A DNA stretch of 64,000 nt, taken from the NCBI GenBank assembly GCA_016929435.1, contig JAFGIV010000006.1, forward strand, positions 8,071 to 72,070. Reading direction: 5' to 3'. Origin of the DNA: Candidatus Uhrbacteria bacterium (lineage in GTDB: Bacteria > Patescibacteriota > Patescibacteriia > SG8-24). Within the stretch, counting starts at the first letter, position 1. The number at the start of each line of letters is the position of its first letter. This document shows, piece after piece, positions 55,076 through 64,000 of this stretch. Both the position numbers and the translations under genes were made by a program. The notes below the pieces were generated by a model. That model ran no database searches. It was not told where the DNA came from and saw nothing but the letters and a program-made list of their open reading frames with translations.

Positions 55076-56488
55076 TCACTCGTTCTGTCGCCGGGCGATG
55101 ACCGCCCAGGGCGTCTTGGCCAGGATCGCCAAGTCCAGCCAGGGTGACCAGTTCTCCATGTACCAGATGTCCAGGCGGGCCTCCTCGTCGAAATTCAGGT
55201 CCGACCGTCCGGAAACCTGGCCCATGCCGGTGATGCCGGGCTTGACGTTCAGGACCCGCCGCTGCCAATCGGCGTACCTGTCCACCTCCTCCGGCAGGTG
55301 CGGCCGCGGTCCCACCAGGCTCATCTTCCCGGACAGCACCAGGAAAATCTCCGGCAGCTCGTCGATCGACCAGCGGCGGATGAACCTGCCTACCCGGGTG
55401 ATGCGGGGATCGTCCTTGATCTTCACCAGCGGCCCGCCCTGGCGGGTATTCCGGTCGGCCAGCTCCGAATAGCGCAGGTTATGGGACCTGTGCCGCATTG
55501 ACCGGAACTTGACGTAGCGGAAGGGTTTCCCGTGTTCGCCGATTCTGGTCACAGGGCTGCCGTCATCCAGCTCGCTCCAGAATACCGGACCCCTGGAATC
55601 GAGCTTTACGGCAATGGCCGTGACCGCCAGGATCGGGGATACGATGACCAGCATGACGGCGGAGACGATGATGTCGAACAGCCGCTTGAAGACCCGGCCC
55701 CAGCCGTCCAGCCGGATGCCCTTCACCTCCACGATCGGGATGCCGGCGATTACCCCCACCTCCAGGTTTCCGGACTGCGACTCCAGGGCATTGGCGGCAT
55801 ACCGGAACGACAGGTGGCGCGATTGGGCGAAGGCGAAGATGCGGCCGAGTTCCTGGCGGCTTATTTCCGGGTCAGTGACGATGATCTCGTCGATCTGGCC
55901 GCTTTTGGCCATTTCGTCCGTTTCGGCGGAGGCCGCATCGAAATTCGGGTAGGAACGGACGATGCGGTAGCCGTTGCCGGGGTTGGCGGCGAACTCGTTC
56001 CGCAGGGTGGCGGCAATCCGGTTGTCGACACCGATGACCGCAACCCGGTGGACACCGACGCCGAGACGGAGCAGGCGGCGCTGTGTCAGGCGCACGGCAA
56101 TCCGCCCCAGGCTGACGTAAAGGAAGGAGAGGGCCCAGGCGACGATGACGATCAGCCGGGACTCGAACATTTCCCGCTGGAAGAACACCACGGCAATGAC
56201 TGCCATTACCGCGGCGGCCGAGGCGATCAGGATGCGGTTGATCTCGTGCTTGAGGCGGCGCGGACCGAAGGTGGTGTAGAGCCCGGCTATGGCGAAAAAC
56301 AGCACGAAGATGGCCGAGGCCGCCAGTGAGGCCCTCAGGAACTGACCGAAAGGCAGGTCAAAGACCACCGGCCGCATCTCGGACAGCCACCCGAACCGCC
56401 AAAAATAGGCGGTTAGCGCCGCCAAAAGCACCAGGCAGAAATCGACCGGCACCATGATGACCGTGAAGAACAGTTCGGCTTTTTTCAT
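55076..56488 (-). CDS. Polyprenyl-phosphate sugar phosphotransferase (WcaJ/WbaP-like)
   Basis: KRLFDI, KFRSM, DPRITRVG, DELP, SLVGPRP, KPGITG. Confidence 0.95.
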   Translation of the reverse strand: MKKAELFFTVIMVPVDFCLVLLAALTAYFWRFGWLSEMRPVVFDLPFGQFLRASLAASAIFVLFFAIAGLYTTFGPRRLKHEINRILIASAAAVMAVIAVVFFQREMFESRLIVIVAWALSFLYVSLGRIAVRLTQRRLLRLGVGVHRVAVIGVDNRIAATLRNEFAANPGNGYRIVRSYPNFDAASAETDEMAKSGQIDEIIVTDPEISRQELGRIFAFAQSRHLSFRYAANALESQSGNLEVGVIAGIPIVEVKGIRLDGWGRVFKRLFDIIVSAVMLVIVSPILAVTAIAVKLDSRGPVFWSELDDGSPVTRIGEHGKPFRYVKFRSMRHRSHNLRYSELADRNTRQGGPLVKIKDDPRITRVGRFIRRWSIDELPEIFLVLSGKMSLVGPRPHLPEEVDRYADWQRRVLNVKPGITGMGQVSGRSDLNFDEEARLDIWYMENWSPWLDLAILAKTPWAVIARRQNE

Positions 56489-56592
56489 ACGGAAGCGTCG
56501 ATTTTCATATTAGGCCTTTGTCCGGCCGCTGGCAAGGTGTGGACACAATCCCGCATCTTGACTTTTCTGCTAAGATCCGCCATTATGTCTGG

Positions 56593-57053
56593 GAGGTTGG
56601 CCAGACGGTCGCCCCGGTGACGAACCGGGGAGGAAAGTCCGAACACCCGTTCCGGCGCAAGCCGGGACGACCGGCGATAGTCGCTAACGGCGACCGGGTA
56701 TAAGGCGAAAGTGCGGCCGGCAACGGCCGAAAGGCCATGGCCGCAACTCGTCGAAGCCCAGGGAAAGTGCAACAGAAAACACACCGCCTGAACCCCGAAA
56801 GGGGTGAGGATTCGGATGAAGCCGAAAGGCCGACCCGAACCAGGTAAGGTTGAAATCGTGGGGTAAGGGCCCACGCGGGAGAGCCGGGTGACCGGCCCCG
56901 TGGAAAACGCCTATCCGGTGCAAGAGCAAGTTTGGTAGCTCGCATTCCGTTCCCAAAATCGGGGCGGAGGAGGCGGTCGGCAACGGCCGCTCAAGAGAGA
57001 TGACCGTCCGTTCCCTCCGGGGGACGACAGAATTCGGCTTATCGACCGGCCTC
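56593..57053 (+). ncRNA. rnpB: RNase P RNA
   Basis: GAGGAAAGTCC, AGTGCAACAGAAA and ACAGAATTCGGCTTAT conserved regions; P1 GAGGTTGG/CCGGCCTC; promoter upstream and terminator hairpin downstream. Confidence 0.97.
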
Positions 57054-57195
57054 AAACGTCGAAACCCCTGCCCAAACGGCAGGGGTTTCGTGATAAATTA
57101 CAGTTAGTTATTTGGCTGTTTTAAGCCATAATATTAACTATGTTTAGTTATTTTTATCTAATAATTAGATATTTGATACAATATTTTGTATTAAC

Positions 57196-57224
57196 TTGAC
57201 AGTTAATTATGGATACTCTATAAT
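57196..57224 (+). promoter_or_regulatory. Consensus sigma70 promoter of the AAA/RloB-like operon
   Basis: TTGACA-17-TATAAT; inverted pair TTAAGCCATA (57121) and TATGGCTTAA (57248) flanks it. Confidence 0.8.
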
Positions 57225-57262
57225 AAAAAACATAAGTTATTAAGAGCTATGGCTTAATAATT

Positions 57263-58450
57263 ATGATCAGAAAGATAAAATTCAGTAATTTCTATTCCTT
57301 TAATGGGGAACAGGAGATTGATTTTACGGCGACCAAGAAAAAGAACGACTATAGTTATTATAATTCGCCGGTGGGCGATCAAATCACCAAAGTGGCCGGG
57401 TTTATTGGTGATAATGCTTCCGGAAAGACGAATATTCTTCGTGTTTTTAGTTTTCTGGGGTATTTTATCTGCAGCCCATCTCGTCCGACCCTAGTTGATT
57501 TGCCTTTTATTGCCTATAAGGCTTTTTTTGGCAATTCAGAACCGTCAAGTTTTTATATAGAATTTGAAATAGACCAAGACATATACAAGTATTCCCTGAC
57601 CTTGAAAAACAACATTGTCGAATCTGAGAGTTTGAACGTCAAAAAAATCGGCAGTTTGGGTGCGTCGGTGAAGGTGTTTTCAAGGACACCAGACGGAGTA
57701 AAGCTAAATGATGAACTGTTCCGCGGTTTTGATGAGATGGAAGGGATGAAGAATATTCGCTCTGATGTTTCCTTGATTTCTTATGTTAGGGCTAATTATC
57801 AGATTGATGTAATTGGCAAGATTTTTAGTTATTTTTCGAATTTCGGCTTCAACATAAACGAACGGGGTGACAAGTTTGGTATCGGATATTCGGCAATCAA
57901 ATATCTGGAAGACGAACAGGTGAAGACAAAAACGGATAATTACTTCATAGGGTCCAATACCGGTTTGAAGGGTTTTAAGGTTGAAAGGGATAACATAAAA
58001 AACGAAAGGGGGGAGGATATTGTCCGTATCTCTGTTTGGGGTATCCATAACACGGAAAAAGGCGATACGCTGCTTTATTCCGATTACGAATCGACCGGAA
58101 CGAAATCGCTGTTCTGCATGATCGATAAGTTGACGTTGGCCATCAAAAATAACGGTGTGGCGATAATTGACGAAATCGAAACCGGTCTGCATCCGGAAGC
58201 GCTGTATAAGTTGATTGGATACTTCATCGACGAGAACGAGGAAAGCCGGGCCCAGCTGATCTTCTCTTCACATTCCTTGGAATTCATGGGTAAGTTGGAC
58301 ATGCAACAAATCTATTTGGTGGAGAAGAATGAGGATGGGGAAAGCCGGGCATATCGCTTGGATTCTGTTGAAGGTGTAAGGTCGGATGATAATTTTATGG
58401 CCAAGTACATGTCCGGAGCCTATGGGGCCTTTCCGGACATTCGGGTTTAG
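57263..58450 (+). CDS. AAA_21/RloA-like ABC-type ATPase
   Basis: F.NFYSF, G.NASGKTN, ESTGTK, IIDEIETGLHP, QLIFSSH, Y..G.YGA.P. Confidence 0.9.
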   Translation: MIRKIKFSNFYSFNGEQEIDFTATKKKNDYSYYNSPVGDQITKVAGFIGDNASGKTNILRVFSFLGYFICSPSRPTLVDLPFIAYKAFFGNSEPSSFYIEFEIDQDIYKYSLTLKNNIVESESLNVKKIGSLGASVKVFSRTPDGVKLNDELFRGFDEMEGMKNIRSDVSLISYVRANYQIDVIGKIFSYFSNFGFNINERGDKFGIGYSAIKYLEDEQVKTKTDNYFIGSNTGLKGFKVERDNIKNERGEDIVRISVWGIHNTEKGDTLLYSDYESTGTKSLFCMIDKLTLAIKNNGVAIIDEIETGLHPEALYKLIGYFIDENEESRAQLIFSSHSLEFMGKLDMQQIYLVEKNEDGESRAYRLDSVEGVRSDDNFMAKYMSGAYGAFPDIRV

Positions 58451-58458
58451 GGTGTTCT

Positions 58459-58950
58459 ATGTGTCCTTATCTCCTTTATGGCGAGGGCAGACGGGATAGA
58501 AAATTTTTGGAGGCTTTAGCTTCTGTACCGCAGTTTCAGTACCATACGAAAGGATGGATACCGAAATTCGACAATTGGCACGGATGTTCCGCCAAGAATA
58601 CGATAGAGGGGTGCCGCAAGGCCTTTTGTAAATATGGGGCCAAGTTTACCATTTGTCTGATAGATATTGATGATCTTAAGCATGACTATCCGGAAGATTG
58701 GGACGAACAGAAGTTGAAGATAGAGCAAGACGAAGTGGGTTGGCTATCCATTGTTTGGCAATACGAAAATGCCGAGGATGAATACAGGAAGGTCATCCCG
58801 GATCTGTACAACGGTGATAAGACTGCTAAAAACAGGGAAGCTGTGAGAAGAATAGCTGAGTTTGTCAATTGTGACCTTTGGAAACGGATAATGGAGGAAT
58901 TCGAGAGGAAAGCGGAATTCGAGAAAAAGAAACAGGAAAAAGACACTTGA
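58459..58950 (+). CDS. RloB-like/TOPRIM-type partner protein
   Basis: YGEG..D..FL and IDID motifs, 8 bp after the ATPase. Confidence 0.6.
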   Translation: MCPYLLYGEGRRDRKFLEALASVPQFQYHTKGWIPKFDNWHGCSAKNTIEGCRKAFCKYGAKFTICLIDIDDLKHDYPEDWDEQKLKIEQDEVGWLSIVWQYENAEDEYRKVIPDLYNGDKTAKNREAVRRIAEFVNCDLWKRIMEEFERKAEFEKKKQEKDT

Positions 58951-59004
58951 ATACTTTATAGAATTAAACAACCGCCCCGAAGGGCGGTTGTCTTTAAGTT
59001 CGAA

Positions 59005-60066
59005 TCATCTAACCCCGACCAGCTTCCTCACCTCTTTCAGCGTCTCCCCGGCGGTCTTTCCGGCCGTTTCCGCGCCTTTCTTCAGTATTTCTTTGAGGTG
59101 ATCCTCGTCTTCCCTGAACTTTTCGTATTTTTGGCGGAAGTCGGCGAAATGGTCGGATAGGCGTTCGGCCACCAGCCGCTTCAGCTCGCCGTACCTGATC
59201 GGCTGTCCGGCCATTATCAGCCTGGCTTCCCGTTCGCCGCCGGCCAGCTTGAGCAGGGTGAGGAGATTGTAGGCCCCGGCCTGGCCACACAGGTCAGTGC
59301 CTTCCCCGTCCGTCAGGGCCGGATTCGGCCCGCCGAGGCGGCGCTCCAGCTCCTCCTCCGAATATTTCAGTATTCCCGTGGTTTCCGTGACGGCCGATTT
59401 CAGCTTGGCGCAAATCGTGTCCGGGTCATCCCTAAGGGCGACATACGATTTTCCCCCCAGGCTCTTGGACATCTTCTTCAGCGGGTCGTTCAGTCCGCGG
59501 ATTTTCGGGGTTTCGGTCAGGAGCGGTTTGGGTTCAGTGAAATACCGGCCGAAACGGTTGTTGAAGAAACCGGCGATGTCCCGCGTCAGCTCCAGGTGCT
59601 GCAGCTGGTCCCGCCCCACAGGAACCTGGTCCGCCCGGTATATGAGGATGTCCGCGGCCTGCAGGACCGGATAGGCGAACAGGCCGACGTTGATGTTCTG
59701 TTTCTGCCGGGACGCCTTGTCCTTGTATTGGGTCATCCGCTCCAGGAAGGAGATCGGGGTGACGGTGTTGAGTATCCAGCAGAGCTCCGTGTGTTCCGGG
59801 ACATGGGACTGGACGAACAGGGTCGTCTTCTTCGGGTCAACGCCGATGGCCAGCAGTTCGGCCGCCAGGTCCATGATTTGCCGACTCTTTTCGGACGGGT
59901 CGTAATCCTCGGACAGGGAATGGTAGTCGGCGATGAAATAGAAACGCCTGGCCTCCCGTTCCTGCAGGGCGACCATGTTCCGGTAGATGCCGGCATAGTG
60001 GCCGAGATGCGACGGCCCGGTCGGCTGGACGCCGGTGACGATGGTGGGGATCTTTCTTTCGGTCAT
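59005..60066 (-). CDS. trpS: Tryptophan--tRNA ligase
   Basis: GVQPTG..HLGHY.G, YPVLQAADIL, VPVG.DQ.QHLE, KMSKS. Confidence 0.97.
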   Translation of the reverse strand: MTERKIPTIVTGVQPTGPSHLGHYAGIYRNMVALQEREARRFYFIADYHSLSEDYDPSEKSRQIMDLAAELLAIGVDPKKTTLFVQSHVPEHTELCWILNTVTPISFLERMTQYKDKASRQKQNINVGLFAYPVLQAADILIYRADQVPVGRDQLQHLELTRDIAGFFNNRFGRYFTEPKPLLTETPKIRGLNDPLKKMSKSLGGKSYVALRDDPDTICAKLKSAVTETTGILKYSEEELERRLGGPNPALTDGEGTDLCGQAGAYNLLTLLKLAGGEREARLIMAGQPIRYGELKRLVAERLSDHFADFRQKYEKFREDEDHLKEILKKGAETAGKTAGETLKEVRKLVGVR

Positions 60067-60155
60067 ATGCGGTCATTATAGACGAAAGCGTCGGATAAGA
60101 AAAAAGGGACGCCAGGCGTCCCCCTTACCGAGTTTTTCCCCGTCTTTCTTTTTTC

Positions 60156-60488
60156 CTATTTTTTCTCTTTCTTTTCCCTCAGTCTTCTTGCCCACGCCGC
60201 GTTTTTGGCCAGCATGGCCAAAGCGGCGACCGTCATCGCCGGGGCGGCTACGAATAGCGCAACCGGCAGGGCCCTTTCGGAAAAAAGCCCATTGTTGATG
60301 GTACCGGCCACGGTCGAAACCGCAGCCAACACCAACCATATTTTGAAAATTCTCCTGCTATCCAGCAGGATTTCTCTGGACCGTTCCCCTGGGGGCATGT
60401 CGGCGATGAAATTTAATATCGCCAACAGTCCCAATAGCGACCCTGGCCAGAACGTAAATCCCCATATCACCAATACCATTGTTTGCAT
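60156..60488 (-). CDS. Hypothetical 3-TM membrane protein
   Basis: SD GGAGGA before MQTMVL; basic tail. Confidence 0.65.
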   Translation of the reverse strand: MQTMVLVIWGFTFWPGSLLGLLAILNFIADMPPGERSREILLDSRRIFKIWLVLAAVSTVAGTINNGLFSERALPVALFVAAPAMTVAALAMLAKNAAWARRLREKKEKK

Positions 60489-60630
60489 TGTTTCTCCTCC
60501 GTGTTTTTGGTTCGGCGACATTGCCGTTTGACCGAAGTTTAGCATTTTTTCGGTTGGGTGTCAAGGGTCAGGGACAAAAACGAAAAGACCCCCTGCGGGG
60601 CCTTTTCTCGGGTGTTTTCCCTACGCCCGA

Positions 60631-62538
60631 CTATACCTCGATGATCACCGGCAGCACCATCGGCCTCCGTTCCGTGGCCTTGAAAAGGAAGGCCCCGATC
60701 TCGTTGCGGACCTTGTTTTTGAGGTGTTCCTCAAAGGCCGGACCCTGGGGATTGTTGTCCTTCAGGACGCGCCGGACCCGGTCCCTGGCCTGGTTGATCA
60801 GTTCCTTGTTCTCCCTCATGTAGACGAAACCGCGGGAGATGATGTCCGGGGAACCGACCAGCTTGCCGGTGCGTTTCTCTACGGTGGCGATGATCACGAA
60901 GATCCCGTCCTCGGCCAGCATCCGCCGGTCGCGCAGGACGACCTCGGATACGTCACCGACACCCAGGCCGTCCACCATCACGTAGTCGGTATCCACCTTG
61001 GTCTTCGTGAGCTGCCCGCCCTTGGCGTCGAACTCGATCACCTGGCCGTTCTCTGCGACGAGGATCCGCTCGTCCGGGATGCCGACTTCCCGGGCCAATT
61101 CGGCGTGGGCTTCCAGCATGAAGCGGTTTCCGTGGGCCGGGATCAGGTATTTCGGCTTGATCAGGCGCATCATCAGCTTCAGGTCCTCCTGTTTGGCGTG
61201 GCCGCCGGCGTGGACGTCCAGGTTCTTGTAGTGGAAGATGTGGGCCCCCTGCCGGACCAGGGTGTCCTTCAGGTTCTGGACGGTCCTCTCGTTTCCCGGG
61301 ATGACCGAGGACGAGAAGACCACGCTGTCGCCTTTCCTGATCTGGAAGACGCGGTGCTCCTTGTTGGCGATCCTCATCAGGGCGGCGTTCTTTTCCCCCT
61401 GGGCGCCGGTGCAGACTACGGCTATCTGGTGGTCGGCCAGGTGTTTGGCGGACTTGTCGTCCACGATCGTTCCCGGTTTCATCTTAAGGTATCCCAGGGA
61501 ATGGGCCAGCTCGATGATGTTCTTCATGCTCCGGCCCTCGACGATCACCTTCCGGCCGTACTTTTCCGACAGGGTGATGATCTGCTGGACCCGGGTCAGG
61601 AGGGATGAGAAGGTGCCGATTATCAGCCGCCCCTTGACCTTCTGGAATATGTCGTCCATTTCCGCCCCCACCTGCCGTTCCGACATCTGGTATCCGGGGC
61701 TTTCGGCGTTGGTGGAATCGGACATCATGGCCAGGACGCCCTTGGTGCCGAATTGCGCGATATACGGGAGGTCGGCCGGTTCGTCCATCACCGGGGTGAA
61801 GTCGAACTTGAAGTCCCCGGTATAGATGATCGTCCCGTACGGGGTGTGGAGGGCCGAACCGAAGGCATCGGAGATGTTGTGGTTGACGTGGAACGGCTCG
61901 AATATGAAGTGCCTGCCGAGCCGGATTCTTTCCCCGGATTTCACCATCTGGATCCTCAGGTTACTCTCGTTGCGGAATTCCTCCTGCCTCTTCCTGATGA
62001 TGCCGGCGGTCAAGGGGGTGGTGAAGATCGTCGGCCACCCCAGTTTGGGCATGGTGAGCGGTATCCCCCCCACGTGGTCCATGTGGCCGTGGGTCACCAG
62101 CACGCCGCGGATGTTCTGTTCCTTCCCCTTCAGGGAGGAGATGTTGGGGATGATGTAGTCTATGCCCGGCATCCCTTCCTCCGGGAACATCAGGCCGATG
62201 TCTATGATGACGATGTCCGCCCCGCACTCGAAGACCGTGCAGTTGCGTCCGATTTCCTCCAGTCCGCCCAGGGCGTAGATCTTCAGTTTCGGCGCCAGGA
62301 CCTTTCCGTTCGGCGGTTCGACGGTCACCGGGGACGGGGTGATTGCGGGATTTTTTATGGGGTGCCCGACAGCGGCATTCGCCGGACGGGGGGGTTTGGC
62401 TCCGGTCGGTTGGCGCCGTTCCGCCGCCGGTCGGATCGGCCTTTTGGCGGTCGGCCTTTGGTATGTCCGGCGTGGGGCGGTCGGATCCGGTTTGGCTGCC
62501 GGGGGTGTGACCGGCGTGTTTTTGTTCTGTTCTGCCAT
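60631..62538 (-). CDS. rnj: Ribonuclease J
   Basis: LGGLEEIG.N, THGHMDHVG, TGDFK, SDSTN, HAGGH; Pro/Arg-rich N-terminal extension. Confidence 0.96.
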   Translation of the reverse strand: MAEQNKNTPVTPPAAKPDPTAPRRTYQRPTAKRPIRPAAERRQPTGAKPPRPANAAVGHPIKNPAITPSPVTVEPPNGKVLAPKLKIYALGGLEEIGRNCTVFECGADIVIIDIGLMFPEEGMPGIDYIIPNISSLKGKEQNIRGVLVTHGHMDHVGGIPLTMPKLGWPTIFTTPLTAGIIRKRQEEFRNESNLRIQMVKSGERIRLGRHFIFEPFHVNHNISDAFGSALHTPYGTIIYTGDFKFDFTPVMDEPADLPYIAQFGTKGVLAMMSDSTNAESPGYQMSERQVGAEMDDIFQKVKGRLIIGTFSSLLTRVQQIITLSEKYGRKVIVEGRSMKNIIELAHSLGYLKMKPGTIVDDKSAKHLADHQIAVVCTGAQGEKNAALMRIANKEHRVFQIRKGDSVVFSSSVIPGNERTVQNLKDTLVRQGAHIFHYKNLDVHAGGHAKQEDLKLMMRLIKPKYLIPAHGNRFMLEAHAELAREVGIPDERILVAENGQVIEFDAKGGQLTKTKVDTDYVMVDGLGVGDVSEVVLRDRRMLAEDGIFVIIATVEKRTGKLVGSPDIISRGFVYMRENKELINQARDRVRRVLKDNNPQGPAFEEHLKNKVRNEIGAFLFKATERRPMVLPVIIEV

Positions 62539-62950
62539 ATTCGGTCAGGTTGTGCGGGCGAGTGCCCTCTCTTTCGTGCGATAGCCCTGCCCTAAAGGGC
62601 AGTCGGCGTTGGATTCTGGTTCGCCGTCAAACGACGATGGCGGATTGCCTGCATGCCGGTGGCGGGGAGAAGGGGCGCAAAACAAAAGCGCCATCCGCCC
62701 GGCAGTCGGTCCATTCCTCGTTGTTTCGGATACGATTTCCAGGGATTCGGGTTCAACCGTTCGGTTGACTTCAAGTCTCCGGTATCGTCTTTTTCCCTCC
62801 CGTTGATTTGATTCTACCCCAAAAGGCCTTTTGGGCAAAATCCCGTTCCTGGATTTTTACCACGTTTTGGTGGGGGTGTCAAGGGTCGCTCCCCTTTTCT
62901 CTTGACGGCAAAAACGGGCCGTGGCAATATTACTTCCGTGAACGGAATCC

Positions 62951-63036
62951 GCTGCGGTGGTGAAATGGCAGACACGCTAGCTTCAGGTGCTAGTGGGAGC
63001 AATCCCATGAGGGTTCAAGTCCCTCCCGCAGCACCA
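62951..63036 (+). tRNA. tRNA-Leu(CAG)
   Basis: CTAGC-TTCAGGT-GCTAG anticodon arm, long variable arm, GGTTCAAGTCC, CCA. Confidence 0.97.
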
Positions 63037-63105
63037 TCAAGAGTCCGGTCAGGCGCAAGCCTGACGGGACTTTTGATTTTGGCCGCGCGAATGGGGGTTC
63101 CGGCC

Positions 63106-64000
63106 CTAACGCCAGACCCGTTTCGTCTTGACGTGCCAATCGGCAATGCCGGCGAATCGGTCGGACGGGGACATTATGGCGGCTGGGGTTATGCCCCTGA
63201 TTCGGCTGTTGATCATGTAGGAATAGGTGGGGTTGTATAGAAATACGGCCGGCGCTTCCCCTGTCAGCAGTTCCTGGAATTCGCTGTAGTAGGCCTCCCT
63301 CTGCCCCTCGTCGGTCGTCGTCCGACCCAGTTCCAGCAGCTCGTCGGATCGGCGGTGGCTGTAGGCGGACAGGTTGAGTCCCGGAGCGGCCTTTTGCGAG
63401 GAATGCCAGAACGGGTACGGATCGACATCCGGGCCGATGATTTCCCCGTAGATCAGCGCCTCGTATTCCCTGGGTCGGATACGGTCCTTCTGGATGCGGT
63501 TGGCGTCAACGGTATCCAATTCAACCTCGATTCCCAGCTGTTCCCAGTCTGCCTTGACCATTTGGGCCACGGCCAGGTTTTCCCTGGTGTTGGCCACGGT
63601 CAGGGTGACCTTCAGGGGTTGCCGGGTCACCTGGTCTCCCACCTTGGTTTCCTTTCCCCTCCGTCCCTCCTCGTCCAGGACATATCCCGCCTGGTCCAGG
63701 AGCTTGGCGGCCGCCTCCGGATCAAGTCCGTAGCTCTTGGCTCCCGGGCGGAAACCCGGGAATCGGGGAAGGATCGGTCCGTGTACCGCCACCCCCCGCC
63801 CGTCCAGGGCGTCTCGGAGTATGGCCGTCCGGTTGACCGCCAGGTTCAGGGCCTGGCGGATCTCCCTGGAACGGAGAATCGGGCTCTTGGATTGGTTCAG
63901 GAAGATTGCGGTGTATTGGGGCAGGCGGAGGGCATACTCGCGGATGGACCGGAGTCGGTCCAACGCTTCCCTGGATTCGGCCGGAACGAACCCCAAACCG
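63106..64000 (-). CDS. Peptide ABC transporter substrate-binding protein (5' end outside the window)
   Basis: IRQALNLAVNR, A.KLLDQAG, DPYPFWHSSQ, LNLS.Y. Confidence 0.9.
   Translation of the reverse strand, partial: GLGFVPAESREALDRLRSIREYALRLPQYTAIFLNQSKSPILRSREIRQALNLAVNRTAILRDALDGRGVAVHGPILPRFPGFRPGAKSYGLDPEAAAKLLDQAGYVLDEEGRRGKETKVGDQVTRQPLKVTLTVANTRENLAVAQMVKADWEQLGIEVELDTVDANRIQKDRIRPREYEALIYGEIIGPDVDPYPFWHSSQKAAPGLNLSAYSHRRSDELLELGRTTTDEGQREAYYSEFQELLTGEAPAVFLYNPTYSYMINSRIRGITPAAIMSPSDRFAGIADWHVKTKRVWR

Noticed and set aside
1-64000. Many long antisense or overlapping ORFs in the track (e.g. 38845-41310, 34966-36867, 45497-47233, 50282-51757)
   Set aside because: They are shadows of real genes in GC-rich DNA with no recognisable motifs.
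1-64000. Alternative genetic code (TGA = Gly, as in some CPR lineages)
   Set aside because: Conserved genes such as tsaD and trpS have no internal TGA, and several genes end properly at TGA.

Overview
GC-rich bacterial chromosome segment using the standard genetic code (TGA = stop). It is most likely from Patescibacteria/CPR (Parcubacteria/ABY1-like); this is inferred from gene content, small L28 and CxxC-x17-CxxC proteins, a shared C-terminal repeat on secreted proteins, and few SD sites. Housekeeping genes: tsaD, tsaE, rpmB, valS, clpP, rplS, cmk, rluA, rnhB, trpS, rnj, RNase P RNA and four tRNAs (Glu-TTC, Pro-GGG, Val-GAC, Leu-CAG). There are two surface-glycan clusters and three orphan sensor kinases. 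Accessory inserts: (i) an AT-rich island at the 3' end of tRNA-Glu with IS debris; (ii) a defence island between rfbF and tRNA-Val (HicBA-like, AbiE, DpnI-like, PD-(D/E)XK, NYN); (iii) a DUF559 endonuclease bracketed by perfect 39-bp inverted repeats in a repeat/cassette array after valS; (iv) an AAA_21/RloB-like pair after rnpB. The best candidate for a new system is a short promoter-proximal hairpin RNA ending in a U-tract directly before the NYN RNase gene, laid out like a type III toxin-antitoxin locus. It has a near-identical orphan copy 4 kb away and a more distantly similar RNA beside a DUF3800 gene. The second candidate is the DUF559-repeat element. All product calls come from motif recognition by eye, without database searches.
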